From the NCBI GenBank assembly GCA_951406725.2, contig OX597818.1, positions 12,896,001 to 12,960,000 on the forward strand: a stretch of DNA of 64,000 nt, given 5' to 3'. The position numbers and the translations under genes are program-made. This DNA comes from Octopus vulgaris. Taxonomy: Eukaryota. Positions 27,770-40,560 of this stretch are shown piece by piece; positions within the stretch are counted from its first letter, which is position 1, and every line of letters begins with the position of its first letter. Below the pieces are notes generated by a model, which was not told the origin of the DNA, did not search any database, and saw nothing but the letters and a program-made list of their open reading frames with translations.

Positions 27770-28603
27770 TTTGATTTTAAAAATATCTTATTTACCTCAG
27801 TTTTAACATCCTCTCCTTCGAAATAGTTATCTTGCATAGTAATATACCGGTCCCAGCGTTCTGCTACTTTTGGAATCCGGCATGGAAATCATTTTCTGTA
27901 AGTGAATCGAGGTCGTTCTGCGGTTCGCTCTTGATCTCGATAGTGGTGTAAAAACGGTAACCTTTGAGCTGCATTTTTATCTTGGGGAAGAGTTGAAAGT
28001 TCGCGATAGCATGTTGTTTTGGAAGCTCACGACTGAGGAAAACTCGGTAACAGGGTGCATTGTCCTCGAGGAGAACTTGGTAACAGGGTGCATTATCGTC
28101 GTGATGAATTCAATTCTTCTAGCTCCACAGATCCATCCGCTTTCGTCGAATGTCCTCCCTCATACACTTCAAAACGTCGCAGTAGGACTCTCGATTGACG
28201 GTTTGGCAGTGGTGGGGGCGAATTCTCAATGCATAATACTGCGGATGTAAAAGAAAAAAAATGATGGGCAAGCACTTGACTGAGCTGCAGCTCTGACCTA
28301 CCATTTTCGGTCGTGGGGATGAAAGGTGCTTCCATTGTGACGGATACTGCTTCATCGCCATAACCTTGCCAAAACATGCTTAATATCTTTGTAGCAGGCT
28401 TTCCAAGTTTATCGCAAAATTTCCTACTTCCTGTCTATAGCAAAAGTCGCAAACTACAGCAATCACACGATCACAAAACATAAATTGCACTCGGCACACT
28501 GACTCATGACTGTTACTGCTAGCTCTCACTGCACTCGCAAACGTGTGCGGCCATCTGATAGCCAACCACAGAACTAGTTCGGGAACTTTTGATATCACCT
28601 GGT
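27770..28603 (-). mobile_element. Deleted mariner element
   Basis: Minus-strand relics KQYPSQWKHLSSPRPKMVGQSCSSVK..QTVNRESYCDVLKCMREDIRRKRMDLW, LHHDDNAPC and RWDRYITMQDNYFEG. TIR-like end TA-CCAGGTGATATCAAAAGTTCCCGAAC. 33-bp internal tandem duplication at 28035-28097. Confidence 0.85.
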
Positions 28604-29085
28604 ATCGTATATAATACTTTGAAATGGAAGGTAAAAATATAAGGTGTATATTTTTAAAAGGTGCAGAAACTTACATGTCAAAAATCATGTGACAAATAAA
28701 AGAGAAATGACTTTGGTAAAGTAACTAAGTGGCTGAAATGCTAAAAGAAATCAAGCACTCAATTAGTTAATTAGTAATTTTGTTAATTTGTTTAATAATA
28801 ATAAAGAAGTAAAGTAGAATCAATGATTGTCCTCTTGGCGACGTGACGTTCTCAAGAAAATTCCCCGTGTGTGCGTGATTGTATTTCTCTCTGTATATAT
28901 GTATCTGAGAGTGTGTAGTAGCTAATAAAAGTGTAACGTAACACGTATTTCTTGACGATTTGTATGTAACTACATTTCCCCATACAACACACACATACCC
29001 ACACACACACATACACACACACACATATATACTCACACACACACATACTCACATATATATATATATATATATATACATACATTCA

Positions 29086-29176
29086 TACGAGGGTGTGCTG
29101 AAGAGTTCTTGCTTTGGGTAAAAGAAAATAGGGGCGGATCAGTTAATCATGATTATATCTAACACATTCCCCTGTA
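29086..29176. mobile_element. Mariner-type terminal fragment
   Basis: TA-CGAGGGTGTGCTGAAGAGTTCTTG.. matches a mariner-style TIR; truncated next to the LINE fragment. Confidence 0.5.
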
Positions 29177-29189
29177 AAAAAAATTCGGG

Positions 29190-30110
29190 GGGTAGCAATC
29201 AGTCCCCTTTGCTATCATTCCTAGAGCACATATTACAACAGATATTATTTTTGTCTTGCGGTTCCACATTTTGCCAATTTCTATTTCCAGATCATTATAC
29301 TTGCTCAGTTTTTGGTAGGATTTGACAGATACATTTATGTGGATTGGAACAGTCATATCGATGAGGAGGTTTGATGTTTGTCTGAAGTCCTTCAATATAA
29401 TGTCTAACCTATTGGCATCAATCCTTCTGCCAGTTTGAACGATGAAGTTCCAGAGAAGTGAAATGTGATCATTTTCAAGCACTGAAGATGGTTTGTATTC
29501 CCACCAGTTTTCATCATGGGGCAGGTCCAACTGTTTGAAAATTACCCAGTGAATATACTGTGTTACTCTATCATGCCTGTTGAGATATTCTGTAGAGGCA
29601 AGAAAACTGCACATGGAGACAAGATCGATGGTTTCATTTTGCTGTTTACATACATGACATGTTGGGCTACTGCCATTCTTCAATGTGTTGGCCTGGTAGT
29701 TTCCTTATAAGTCGGCATTGAACTTGGGCTGTTATGATAAACCCTTCTTTCTCTGATTTTAAGCAAGAAAACACTAGCCAATGATGGGTAAGTGTTTGTC
29801 AACATCGGCATTATTATCTCTCTTAGGGTATTTTCCATTGAGATGTTTTTCTTGTTATTTATCAGTAAGAATAACAAAGGCAGCAGTTTTAGTATGGGTT
29901 TATATACGCTTGGTTTTTTCTGTGTTTCATTCCAGTTGTCCAATTATGAGAATTGTTGAACTTAGAATTCATTTATATAATTCCTTACCTGTTTTGTTAC
30001 TGAGTGTAATGTTTTCTTGTTTTTATGTCTCACATTTTGAGATTTCCCAGAAACAGATGTAAGACTTCAAATTATTTAATAATAACGAATATTACTTGAG
30101 ATGTTTGTCT
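29190..30110 (-). mobile_element. R4/Dong-type non-LTR retrotransposon fragment (CCHC knuckle plus RLE)
   Basis: ORF 29159-29683: CHVCKQQNETIDLVSMC..EYLNRHDRV..LLWNFIVQT..ANRLDII..IDMTVP..KLSKYNDLEIEIGKMW. Confidence 0.9.
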
Positions 30111-30134
30111 TGCCTTAGCGTTTGTTGTCTCCTT

Positions 30135-30197
<63 letters not shown>

Positions 30198-30208
30198 ACA
30201 TGTCGATT

Positions 30209-30252
30209 GCCCCGAAATCTTTCGTCACACAACTGAGACTCTTCAGCGGAAC
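30209..30252 (-). ncRNA. Minimal type-I hammerhead motif
   Basis: GTTCCG CTGAAGA GTC-TCAGTTGTGT-GAC GAAA GAT TT CGGGGC. Core boxes intact, 6-bp stem I, vestigial stem III, U at the cleavage position. Confidence 0.6.
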
Positions 30253-30819
30253 TTTTCGTTTTCGTGTATGTTCTTACTCCACTTACTCCATTCTGTTCTT
30301 CTTAGATGTGTATCCCTATATGCATTTGTATCCTTGTGTGTGTGTGTGTATGCGTGTGCGCGCGTGTGCGTGTGTGTATATGTCTGTGCATGCTTCTGTG
30401 CGTGTCAGTTTTTACCAGCAGTGTGGTTTTCCCCTCAATCCCATCATCTCATCTCATGGTGCTCTTGCTGTACTAAGACCAGAAAAATAAAGGAAAATGG
30501 GTACGTTGTTGCAGTCGTGGTAGTAGTAGTTGTTATTTCCATCATTGGTACCGCTGCTACTGCTGACCGTGTTAGTTTTATTATTGACATTGTTATGGCC
30601 ATCCATGAAGTTTAATGTGTGTGTGTTTGTGTGTGCGTGTGGGCTCGCTTCGTATGTATCCATGCCTCTTATATTGTTGTATCTGCGTGTGTGTTTGTGT
30701 GCGGGTATACGAAAATCTGGTAATATTATGTTTGATGTCGGAAGGTGGTAGATACATATAATTAGTGTTCAGGTTGAGTTGGTGTTTAAACGCCAAATTG
30801 AACTGCAACTAAACAGACA

Positions 30820-31918
30820 GGGAAATTACAATTGCCGAATAGGAGTTCGGTTACAGGCATTGTTGAACACGAGCGGGCACATAGTAATTAGAATCAAAAT
30901 ATAAACAGGCAAACAACTAGCAGGAGGTAAGATTTTAACATTTTGTATAATTAAATATTGGCAAGTTATGAGTGTGGAACTGAATGTTAAAGAAGAATTA
31001 TTCATTATGGTTATGCTATATGCTAGTGTGCTCCTGGAACGGTCGGTGGGCAACACAATAGTTTCCAGCTATCCATCATTGGAATCTTCTCCGATGATTA
31101 TGAAACTATTATATTGATCATCTATCATTTGCAGCGAAGTGTATCATCTGCATATTTGCTTATGAAACAGCGTTAAGAAATTATCTACACATCGTTTTCT
31201 TTCCATTTTCCTTACATGTGAAGTGCATTGAAAAACATAGTCTATGTCCGCAAGTGTGGTGAGTGTGATAGGGAGTACATAGGTCAAACAATATTGAACT
31301 TGAAGGTCAAATGAACGGTACACAGGCAACAAATCCGGGGCCCCACGGCCAGGAAAATTCCCGTAAGCAAACACTTAGATCAAGACCGGCAGAAATAAAT
31401 CCGAGAAACCAAATCTTCACTCTCTATGAATGGGCCAAAAACACTTGAATAAGGAAAGCATAGTCATTAAAAAATATAAACCTCAACTAAATAACGTATA
31501 ATAATACACTAGAAAGAAGAAAAGTCAGTTTTTACATAAAAAAAACCAACCACATACAACAGACATAATTAAAAAAATTAGTAACAGGCTCCCCGAAATT
31601 CAAATTACCATCCATCTACTCAGACACCAGTTACTGACATCACCTCACACTACACCAATGAAATTTTACCTTCGATTCAGAACTGGACCCTTAGAAAAAC
31701 AAAAACAAAAACCAAAAACAAAATAACTTCTTGAGGATACCAACCAACCGGAACGGCTGATGATCATAAGGCAAAAACTAGTTACCGAGTCCCTACAGAG
31801 AAGCCAACGAAGCAGAACGCTAAATCAGACATAAACAAAACAGGCTGTCCGCAAACGAAAAACAAAAATTCTTTATTAGAATATACACCAAATCTACACC
31901 AAATCAAAACTTGCTTCT
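30820..31918 (+). mobile_element. Penelope-like element 3' portion (GIY-YIG endonuclease plus pLTR)
   Basis: ~31233-31500 reads NIVYVRKCGECDREYIGQTILNLKVK*TVHRQQIRGPTARKIPVSKHLD..KESIVIKKYKPQLN. A hammerhead relic lies downstream; the element ends at (TA)n. Confidence 0.8.
31750..31792 (+). ncRNA. Degenerate hammerhead motif in Penelope pLTR
   Basis: GGAACGG CTGATGA TCATAAGGC AAAA ACTAGT TA CCGAGTCC. G12 and stem II are damaged; the palindromic stem III is retained. Confidence 0.5.
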
Positions 31919-32469
31919 ATATATATATATATATATAGGGAACCATTCAACCAATCAAAACGCTAACGCCAAAATAAAAAAGTGTCTTTTGAGCAAAAAC
32001 ATTCACGAGAAAAGAATAGGACGTCATCAAAATTATAACCAATTAATATTTAGATCCTTTTCCGTAAAAACATACGTATATACACAAAATAGCTTCCGAT
32101 CCCCCCCCCCCAAAAAAAAAAAACCACGAATAGCAAAGAGATCAGTATACACACCACGATGGAAATTTTGAAAAATTTTTTTTCCTTTCTTTCTCCTTTT
32201 TTTTTTCTTTTTCTCTTCTTCACCTATTCTATACAAACTCAATATGGCCGAACTTTCCCTAATGTACATTTGCTATTAACTTCGCAGATCATTTACTTTG
32301 ATATTTATCCCTGCAAGACGCATTAGAATCTCTGTTTAGATTTGAACATTGTGTCGTTTAAAGATATTTGGTCGATTTTTTCCTTGTAATTTTAACCTCT
32401 GCTAAAATTCCACTTGTTTTATATATATTTTCACCATTGATAAACAAAAAAAAAATGTCGAATCGGTCC

Positions 32470-33185
32470 TCTGGCAGACATTCGTCCCCAGCCGCCTGGA
32501 TTACTACTCACAGCTATGGTCACTCACCAGTGTGAGATTAACAGCGGACCTTGAAGCAATCCAGAGAATATTCACAAAGAAGATTGTCTTTTTGCAACAG
32601 CTCAGCTACTGGGAAAGGTTGAAACAACTAAGACTCTACTCCCTGGAGAGAAGACGGGAGAGGTATGCTGTAATATATATCTGGAAGATCCTGGAAGGAA
32701 TTGTGCCAAATTTTGGCATTGAAAGCTACACCAATGCCAGAATGGGACAACAGTGCATGGTGCCAAAGATCCCAGCAATGCCATCACGCTTCAGGACCAG
32801 TTACTGCAACAGCCTGGGATTCAAGGGCCCACAGCTTTTTAATATTCTCCCAAAGAGTCTGAGGAACTTGCACAAAGTAGATGTAGGGGTTTTTAAATGA
32901 GTAGCTAGAGGTGATTTTTAAAATGAGAATGTTAAATAAACTCGTCTGCTCTCACAAACGAGAATACAAAAATGAACCCAACCGCTCCAAAAATTAAGTA
33001 AAAATCTGGAAGAACATCCCAGATGAGCCTACCTCACGGCAAGAGGTGCAAATGAGGGCAGCTATATCAAACTCCATTCTTTATCAAGTGCCACATATTA
33101 GAGGTGGCTCCTAGTAATAACAGTGTAGCACAAAACGACGGCGCATCAGCATGGCCGCAGCTCTGAGCTCATACTTTAAATTTAA
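32470..33185 (+). mobile_element. CR1/L2-group LINE 3' end with a foreign insert at ~32898-33020
   Basis: ORF 32532-32900 LEAIQRIFTKKI..LSYWERLKQLRLYSLERRRERY..IWKILEGIVPN..GPQLFNILP resumes as IPDEPT..RAAISNSIL after the insert. Tail CAGCATGGCCGCAGCTCTGAGCT. Confidence 0.9.
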
Positions 33186-33263
33186 AAAAAACTAGTTTGG
33201 GATGTGAATAAATCTATTTAAAAACAACTACACGTCTTTCAGATGTTGGAATTCCTTTGGTTA

Positions 33264-33306
<43 letters not shown>

Positions 33307-34282
33307 CCAAAGGAATTACAACTCTGTTTTTTATGTTTTATTTATATTCTCATAAAATTAATATAGGATATAGAATATAGAATATATAGTAAGAAAGAAA
33401 TGAAATGAAGTATTGATTGTCTTATTGAACAAATGTAATATTGAAAATTAAATATTAAATGTCTATTCTCATTGAACTAATATACTTTTTGGCATTTAAG
33501 TATTCATGAGGTTCAGATTGTGACAGGAATGCTTCGACTGTGAGAGACAGTTAACATTATGTCTTTATAACTAATGTAGTCTGTGGCAGATGATAAGTAA
33601 TTTGTTAGTCTTACTTCGCGCAACTTTAATGCTAGAATTTATAAAAGTATGTATGTTCATGTGATTTGTATGTGCATGTTCTGTCTCACTGAGTATGCGA
33701 ACATACGTATTTCTGTAAGCGTGTTATGTGTGTGAACGTATATGTATTTGTGTGTATTTGTGTGTAAAATTGAATGTGTAGTACATCCACACGTATTTTG
33801 TGAAGCAAAGGAAAATACTTTTGACAGAATAGTTTCCAATCTAAGGAAATACAAAACAAAAAAACTCTACGAAGCAGGAGGACAAAACATAAACTTATGA
33901 ATTTGATAATTACTATATTACCTGCAGATGTTTTGTCAATACTGTAATGACTGAGCTCTATTACTAGATAACATATAGATGGTGATGTTATTTTACTGCT
34001 ATTTAATCGAATTTCAAATACGATAATGATTATCATCTTACTGCCTTATCAATAATATAGCTTGCACTAAAATACACATAAATGGCAAAAACAGAGTCAA
34101 TAATAACCAAGGATTAGGAAATAATTTGCTAGATGAAAATCGTTTACCTTTTCTCTTGTTGCTAACATGCGCAGAATAATTCCTTTCTATCACACAATTA
34201 TTATACGCCATTATCTTCCTAGAGTAAATCAAATTTTCTTATTGTTGTACTGTCTCCATATTATTGCTGTTGTTGTCGTTGT

Positions 34283-34646
34283 TATTATTTCCGCGTTAAA
34301 GAAGGCAGAGGTATTGTTTTCAGTCAAGTCTGTTTGTTTGTTTGTTTGTGGACGAGATATCTCAAGAATCACTGGATGGATTCCGATGAAATTTTCAGGG
34401 ATGCTTGGCCTTGTGACTGGCACCAGGTTATTAAAGCGTGGGATCGAGCCGGTACCGGACAAAGATTCTGGAATATTCTTCCAGGTTTTTACTTAATTTT
34501 TGAGACTCGTTGGGTTAATTTTCAGTATTCTCGTTTGTGAGAGCAGACGAGTTTATTTAAGATATTCTCATTTTAAAAATCATCTCTAGCTACTCATTGA
34601 AAGTATGTTGGTGTAGCCTCGGCGGGGGTTTGCTCTCTCTGAGTGT

Positions 34647-34647
<1 letters not shown>
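34283..34647 (+). mobile_element. Non-autonomous Helentron/DINE-1-type element
   Basis: Begins TATTATTTCCGCG..GGCAGAGGTATTGTTTTC, contains (GTTT)n and GGATTCCGATGAAATTTTCAGG, and ends GCCTCGGCGGGGGTTTGCTCTCTCTGAGTG. Confidence 0.7.
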
Positions 34648-34722
<75 letters not shown>

Positions 34723-34924
34723 ACTACTACTTCTACTACTAGTAGTAGAAGTAGTAGTAGTAGTTGTAGTAGTAGTAGTACTAGTAGTAGTAGTATGTTC
34801 AAATTCGGTTGATGTCAACCTTGCCTTTCATCATTTCTTGATTGAGAAAATAAATACTAATAAGTTATGGTAATCGATGCAACTAACACCCCCTCAGCTA
34901 AAATAGTCGGCTTTCTATCAAAGT

Positions 34925-34982
<58 letters not shown>
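34646..34982. repeat. (CTA)n/(CTG)n/(GTA)n and (ATT)n microsatellites enclosing a SINE fragment (34796-34930)
   Basis: Direct reading; the fragment TTCAAATT..GTCAACCTTGCCTTTCATC matches the SINE at 59178-59388. Confidence 0.85.
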
Positions 34983-35699
34983 TTTACATTAATAATACTA
35001 ATATCAATAATATACGCAAGCATACAGGAAAAAAGGATTTATTTACTACAGTTTTGATTTAACCGTTCGTGAGATGACGATGCTCTTATGCATATAACTA
35101 TTCTATTGCAAGAGAAAAGTTAGCAGATAGACGTGGAGTTCGTGCTGCCTTTTCAGAATAAGATTGTTATCTAATGAACCAGACATGTGTCAAGATTATC
35201 GTAGATTCCGACACGATATTCTGATTATCTAGATTACTATTTAAAGCCGTATCTATATAAATCCCATTTTCAAATCCCACTTAGATCAGATCTAACTTAC
35301 CGCATCTGCAACCGTATGTACGTATAACCTTAACATTAAAGATCGTTCAATGGAATGCTGTTATGAAATTTACAGCCTTCTGTTTACCTTAGGAGTGTAA
35401 TTTGTATAATAAATGATAGTTGGTGTAAAGAGGCACTTATTGCTGAAATAAATGCAATAAACAGTTTGAATCGATTTTCTAAGAAATCGCATCTGTTCTA
35501 AAAAGAACTCTTCGATCCGGTAGGAAGTAGATTGTACTATATAATAAAGTTTGTGGTAATAACAGCTTATTGAACATGCACATTTAAACACCTTTATACA
35601 TCACTAATGAACACACGCAAACACAAACACAAACAGACAAATAATATAGATATATATATATACACATACATATATAGAAACACATATATACATATAAAT

Positions 35700-35765
<66 letters not shown>

Positions 35766-35772
35766 GTATATA

Positions 35773-37489
35773 CTAGCAGAGGCACTCGGCGTTGCCCGGG
35801 AATTAAATTTTGCCTTACATTTTGGAAGAATAACAATGAAAAGTAATAATAAAGGAAAATGCAAAATTTACCACTTTTATGAAAGGAAATAAATTCTACC
35901 ACATATGTTGAAGGAAACTATGTAAGAGATTCTTGGTAAACAGCATTCTTTTTTGTTTGGTTTAGAGTATAGACAAATAAGTCTTGCAAACTACCTAGCC
36001 TGGAGCAAACAGCAAAGTTGACCACGAACAAATCAAGCCAGTAGATTTTAAAGACTGACATTGAACTGCATTAATAGACATTGCAAAGCAAATTTGCCCT
36101 GAGAATTGTGTTCGTTTGAATTCAAAGGGCATGTTTGTTGGTTTCAATGGAATTCTTTCAACGAAAACTTCTTCTCCAGAGGCACATTCAGTGATGATGG
36201 TATCTTCTGTCACATTAGGTGATAATGTCTTCACAATCAACCGTGTCCCATTGCATAACTTAGGAGGGTCTAATTTTCTTAGAAGCATTATTCAGACTCC
36301 TACCTTCAGAAAAAGTATATTTGGCGGAGTTCGAGATGGCTGAAGAGAATTAAGGAACTCTGTTGGGTAATGGACGGCTCGATTTTCATCAAGAACTGAA
36401 TCAACTGATTTGTACTTCTTAATGACTGTTGGAATGTTATTCATTAATTCATGGTTAATTGTTACTACTGTCTCCTTTTTGGGGATTAAGAATTGCCCTT
36501 TCACACATTGCCCGTATGTGAATTATAATTATTTATTAAGTCTAGCAACACCTTGTTCTTCAATTGAGCTGCGGAATTCATCACGATATCATAATTAGCC
36601 AAATTAATGGTACTTTCCCATTTTCTAATTGTAGGATGCAGGTTGAAAACTTTTTTTCACTTTGGTCCCCATGTTATCAATCTGGCACGTTAGTATTGAA
36701 GGAGAATTTCAGTACTTTATTTCATAGGTGTGAAGACTTAATGCATACTTTTATTTCATCAGATATTGTTCGTCTCAGAATGACTGGTAATGTCTGTCTG
36801 ATTTTTCCTGATAAAATACTGTAACTCCTCCCATAAATTTATTGTTGCCTCTGATGTCTTTTAAGGTATTATCAAGAGCTCCCATTGCACCTCTATGTGA
36901 CATGGTGCATTCATCTCAAATGATAAGGTGGCAGTGGCACAACACTTATGCTGAACCTGAATTGTTGCTTATGCTACGAATTAGATTGTCACTTGTGAAC
37001 AGGTTAAGTGTTAATTTAAAAGCAGAATGAGCTGTTCGTCCTCCTGTGAGAATGGTGGTAGCAAAGCCAGACAATGGTACATTAACAAGTTATGTTACAA
37101 ATGTTTTACGTGTCTCAACAGGAACAGCAAGAAAGAAAATTTCTCTAATTTTTTCTGACAATTTAGGAACGCTGCCCACACACACACACACAGATAGATA
37201 CACATATAGTTTGAAATCACAGATGAAATGGAGGTGTGTGTGAGGAACAGAGATTAATGTTGGGGTATGTTGTCATATATACGTATATACATTAATAATA
37301 GGCTTACAACTTTCTTGTATATATATGTGTGTATGAGTGTTTGTGGGGACGTGTGTGTGTGTGAGAGAGAGAGAGTGCCACTTACACATCACTTTCCTCT
37401 CACAAACAAACATGCATGCAGAGAGATGTATGCATATGTATTTATGTTAGTACGAATACATGACAACCCACTCCTCTCTCTCTCTCACA

Positions 37490-37537
<48 letters not shown>

Positions 37538-38850
37538 ATACATAAATGTATACAAACGTACATACAAAAACACGTGTGCGTGTGTGACTTATAAATACAT
37601 AGAGCTGAACACCGCGGGAATAAGAAAATAAATAAAAAAAATTACGTAAATATTTTTTGTGCGACACATGTTTAATTGCAAATTTTAACGTGTGGAATAA
37701 AGAAATCAAACCTGGAGTGTGCTTGTGTGTACGTGAGAGAGAGAGAGAAAGAGATAGAGAGATAGAGAGAATATTGTAAACAATGAATGAGATGCACATG
37801 AAATGAAAACATCGTATAAATAAAACCATGTTGAAAAGCGTATTGTACCGAATATCTAAATTTTTGAACTTAGTAAATATTTCTTTCAGTAACTTATCGT
37901 ACTTGTTTACAAATCACGAGTTGAACCTTGAAATGTAAACATTAAAATTTAGACAGGGACAAACTTAGCCGTTTCTATGTCAATACCGGAGGTTGACATT
38001 GAGAAAACTTTTTAAAGAAGTGAATCTATTCTAGAGAATTTCATTAAAGAATATCCATTTTCTTGAAGGTTAAGACAAATTGATGTACACTCGAGGGAAT
38101 TTTCTAAAAATCCCCACCCTCCCCTAAAACAGTTACCCCACCAAATTTTATATATACAAAACTGACATGATAAAACACATATTCGTAGAAAATCTTATTA
38201 AAAAATATCCATAATTCTGAAAGTTATGATCATGGAAATTGTGTTGGGGGCAGAAATCTGTATTTCTTAATAGGACGAGCAGAAAGTAAATAAGACATTT
38301 TTACGGAAAAGAAATTATTGTAGGGGTTGAAGGGAAATTTGTCATACAGTGAACCAAAGAGCCAGTATCGAAGGAACCAGAAAGAAACCATCAAATGAGG
38401 AAAGCACAAGACCGTACGGATTGAAGTGAAATTTAGGAAGATACTTTTGTCGGTAACTTATGAAATTACATCCGTAATTGTGAACTTGTTTCTGTCAGTA
38501 ATTTGTCGGTGTTTGTTTGTAAATAGGGACTGAAAACGTAGACTTACAGTGAAAACAATAACATGGAAGTTAAACAATGGTGTATGAAAATTGAAAATAA
38601 AAAGATTAGCGTTTGAGAAATGACATTGAAAACAAGAGATAAAGATAGAGAGATATCTTACAGAGAGATAAAGATAGATAGAAAGAGATGAACAGAGAGA
38701 TATACGGAAAGAGATGAACAGAGAGATATACGGAAAGAGATATGTTACGTTATTAACGTTAGAAAACCGGAGGTAAAATCGGAAGTAAAAATATTAAAAT
38801 CTTTGAATGTAATATAAAAAGCAGTCTGGTCCTGGGGTATCCAAAAAGTG
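35773..38850 (-). mobile_element. Decayed Helitron carrying a Pif1-family helicase relic
   Basis: The 3' end on - is the hairpin CCCGGGCAACGCCGAG followed by CTAG|T (35773). Helicase relic at ~35945-37075. The 5' boundary is uncertain because it is cut by the RTE insertion. Confidence 0.8.
35945..37075 (-). pseudogene. Helitron RepHel Pif1-like helicase fragment
   Basis: GGRTAHSAFKL, DECTMSH, YPTEFLNSLQPSRTPP..LKVG, MLLRKLDPPKLCNGTRL, FEFKRTQF, FAMSINAVQCQSL (cf. FAMTINKSQGQSL). Frameshifted. Confidence 0.9.
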
Positions 38851-38854
38851 AAAT

Positions 38855-40170
38855 GTTGCATAAAATATCGAACAACAGGGGACGTATATAATCTGACCAG
38901 ACTGAAATTCAAAACGAAGATTTTTACTTCACTCATTAGGGAACTTTTATACGCTGACGATTGGGATCTTGTCGGACATTCTGAAACAGGTCTGCAATCT
39001 CTTGTATCTGCATTTGACTCAGCTTGTGATGATTTTGGCTTGACTATAACCTTGAAAAAAACAATTGTAAGGCATCAACCTGCGGGTGCTGCTGTTTGTA
39101 ACCCTCCTAAAATTTGTGTTCAGGGTAAGTTACTTGAGGTTGTCGATTTGTTCATCTATCTTCGAAGCTCTGTACAAAATGGTGGAAATCTTGATACAGA
39201 TATACATCTGCGAATTCAAAGGGCAGCAAAAGCATTTGGTGGTTTGGAGTCACGCGTTTGGTGCCAGCGACATATAAATAAGAGTACAAAGCTGACTCAT
39301 TACAAATCATTTGTCTTACCATCCCTGTTGTATACTTGTGAAACATTGACATGTTATGAAAGGCATTTTAAATTGTTAGAACAATTCCACCAAAAATTCC
39401 TTCATCGCATTAAAATAAGTTAATGGAGTTCTTTTACTCCAAACACACATTTCCTTGTATCTACATACATCAACTCAATTAAAGCTATGATTTTGAGGAA
39501 ACAAATGTGATGTTGTGGCCATGTTGTTTGAATGGGGGCTGAACGCATGTCGAAACAGCTGTTTATGGTGAGCTTGCAGAGAGGAATCTCTAAAAACCTA
39601 AAGAGGTTTAAGGACGGCATAAGGAATACTATGAAGTCACTTGGAATAGAAACAATTGCTTCAGATCGAGTTGTATGGCGAACAAAACTGTGGAGTGGCG
39701 TGGAGTGAAAGCATTTGAAGAGGCCAGGATTACGCAAGTAAGACTCAAAAGAGATCTCAGAAAGAATGTTACGATCCAGAAGGTGGATGACAGTGACCTT
39801 CTTTGGTGCACAGTTTGTGACATACCATGCCTTTCTTTAGCTGGGCTCAAATCTCTTTTGCGAAACCATGGAAAACGAACCTTCCCCAAGTATCCTGCCT
39901 ATATGTCTGTGCATACGTTTGAATGCAGTGTATGCCAGAGGATATGCAAATCTAACGTTGGCCTCAAAATACATTTTAAGATCCACAAAGATGGTGAACT
40001 TATCTGCAGCCCTAGGTGGTTCTAATCTATGTGGGGGTCTTTTCAAAACATTGTCTCGTTTTAAAAGACATATCAGATGCCATGATGTTTCGAAGGTGTT
40101 GGTACAGGGGGTGGTCAAACTCTGTATAAGGAGTAGACGACCACCATGTATGTATGTATGTATGTATGTA
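38855..40170 (+). mobile_element. 5'-truncated RTE (BovB-like) LINE
   Basis: IKYRTTGDVYNLTRLKFKTK..RELLYADD..FGLTITLKKT..AAKAFGGL..LLYTCET, C-terminal C2H2-like fingers and an (ATGT)n tail. Confidence 0.92.
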
Positions 40171-40244
40171 TGTTTGCATGTATGTACATATGTATATATC
40201 TACATAAGTGTCTGCCTGTCTGTCTGTAAGAACTCATCATGAAG

Positions 40245-40560
40245 TAAAAACCACTATGACCGATATCCTAACTACAGTGGAAAAGGCTAGACAGTGGATT
40301 TGGTTAAAAAGAGACGATGAGTGATGGCTAGAAGAATACGGAGCTTTATTTGAAAATCAGTTGATCTAGAAAGCAGGGCCTCATATCAGTGAGGGGTTCC
40401 GGTGCGCATTGATGCCGTCGAGAGGTAGGCTCCGAAACGGTGCGCACTCTCTCCTAATGACCTCATACACCTGCTGGTTTCCGGTATGGAGATCTTTCGA
40501 CTGGTATCACTTGCATGTGCAAGTTGTTGCAGAGCATCATGTTGTACAACATAACAACGC
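40245..40560 (+). mobile_element. 3' end of a HERO/NeSL-like non-LTR element
   Basis: TVEKARQWIWLKRDDE matches the conserved HERO-type C-terminus (AEKASxWIWLKR), followed by a GC-richer 3' UTR. Confidence 0.55.

Noticed and set aside
35945-37075. Host PIF1 helicase gene
   Set aside because: Intronless, frameshifted, and followed by a Helitron hairpin-CTAG end; TE-derived.
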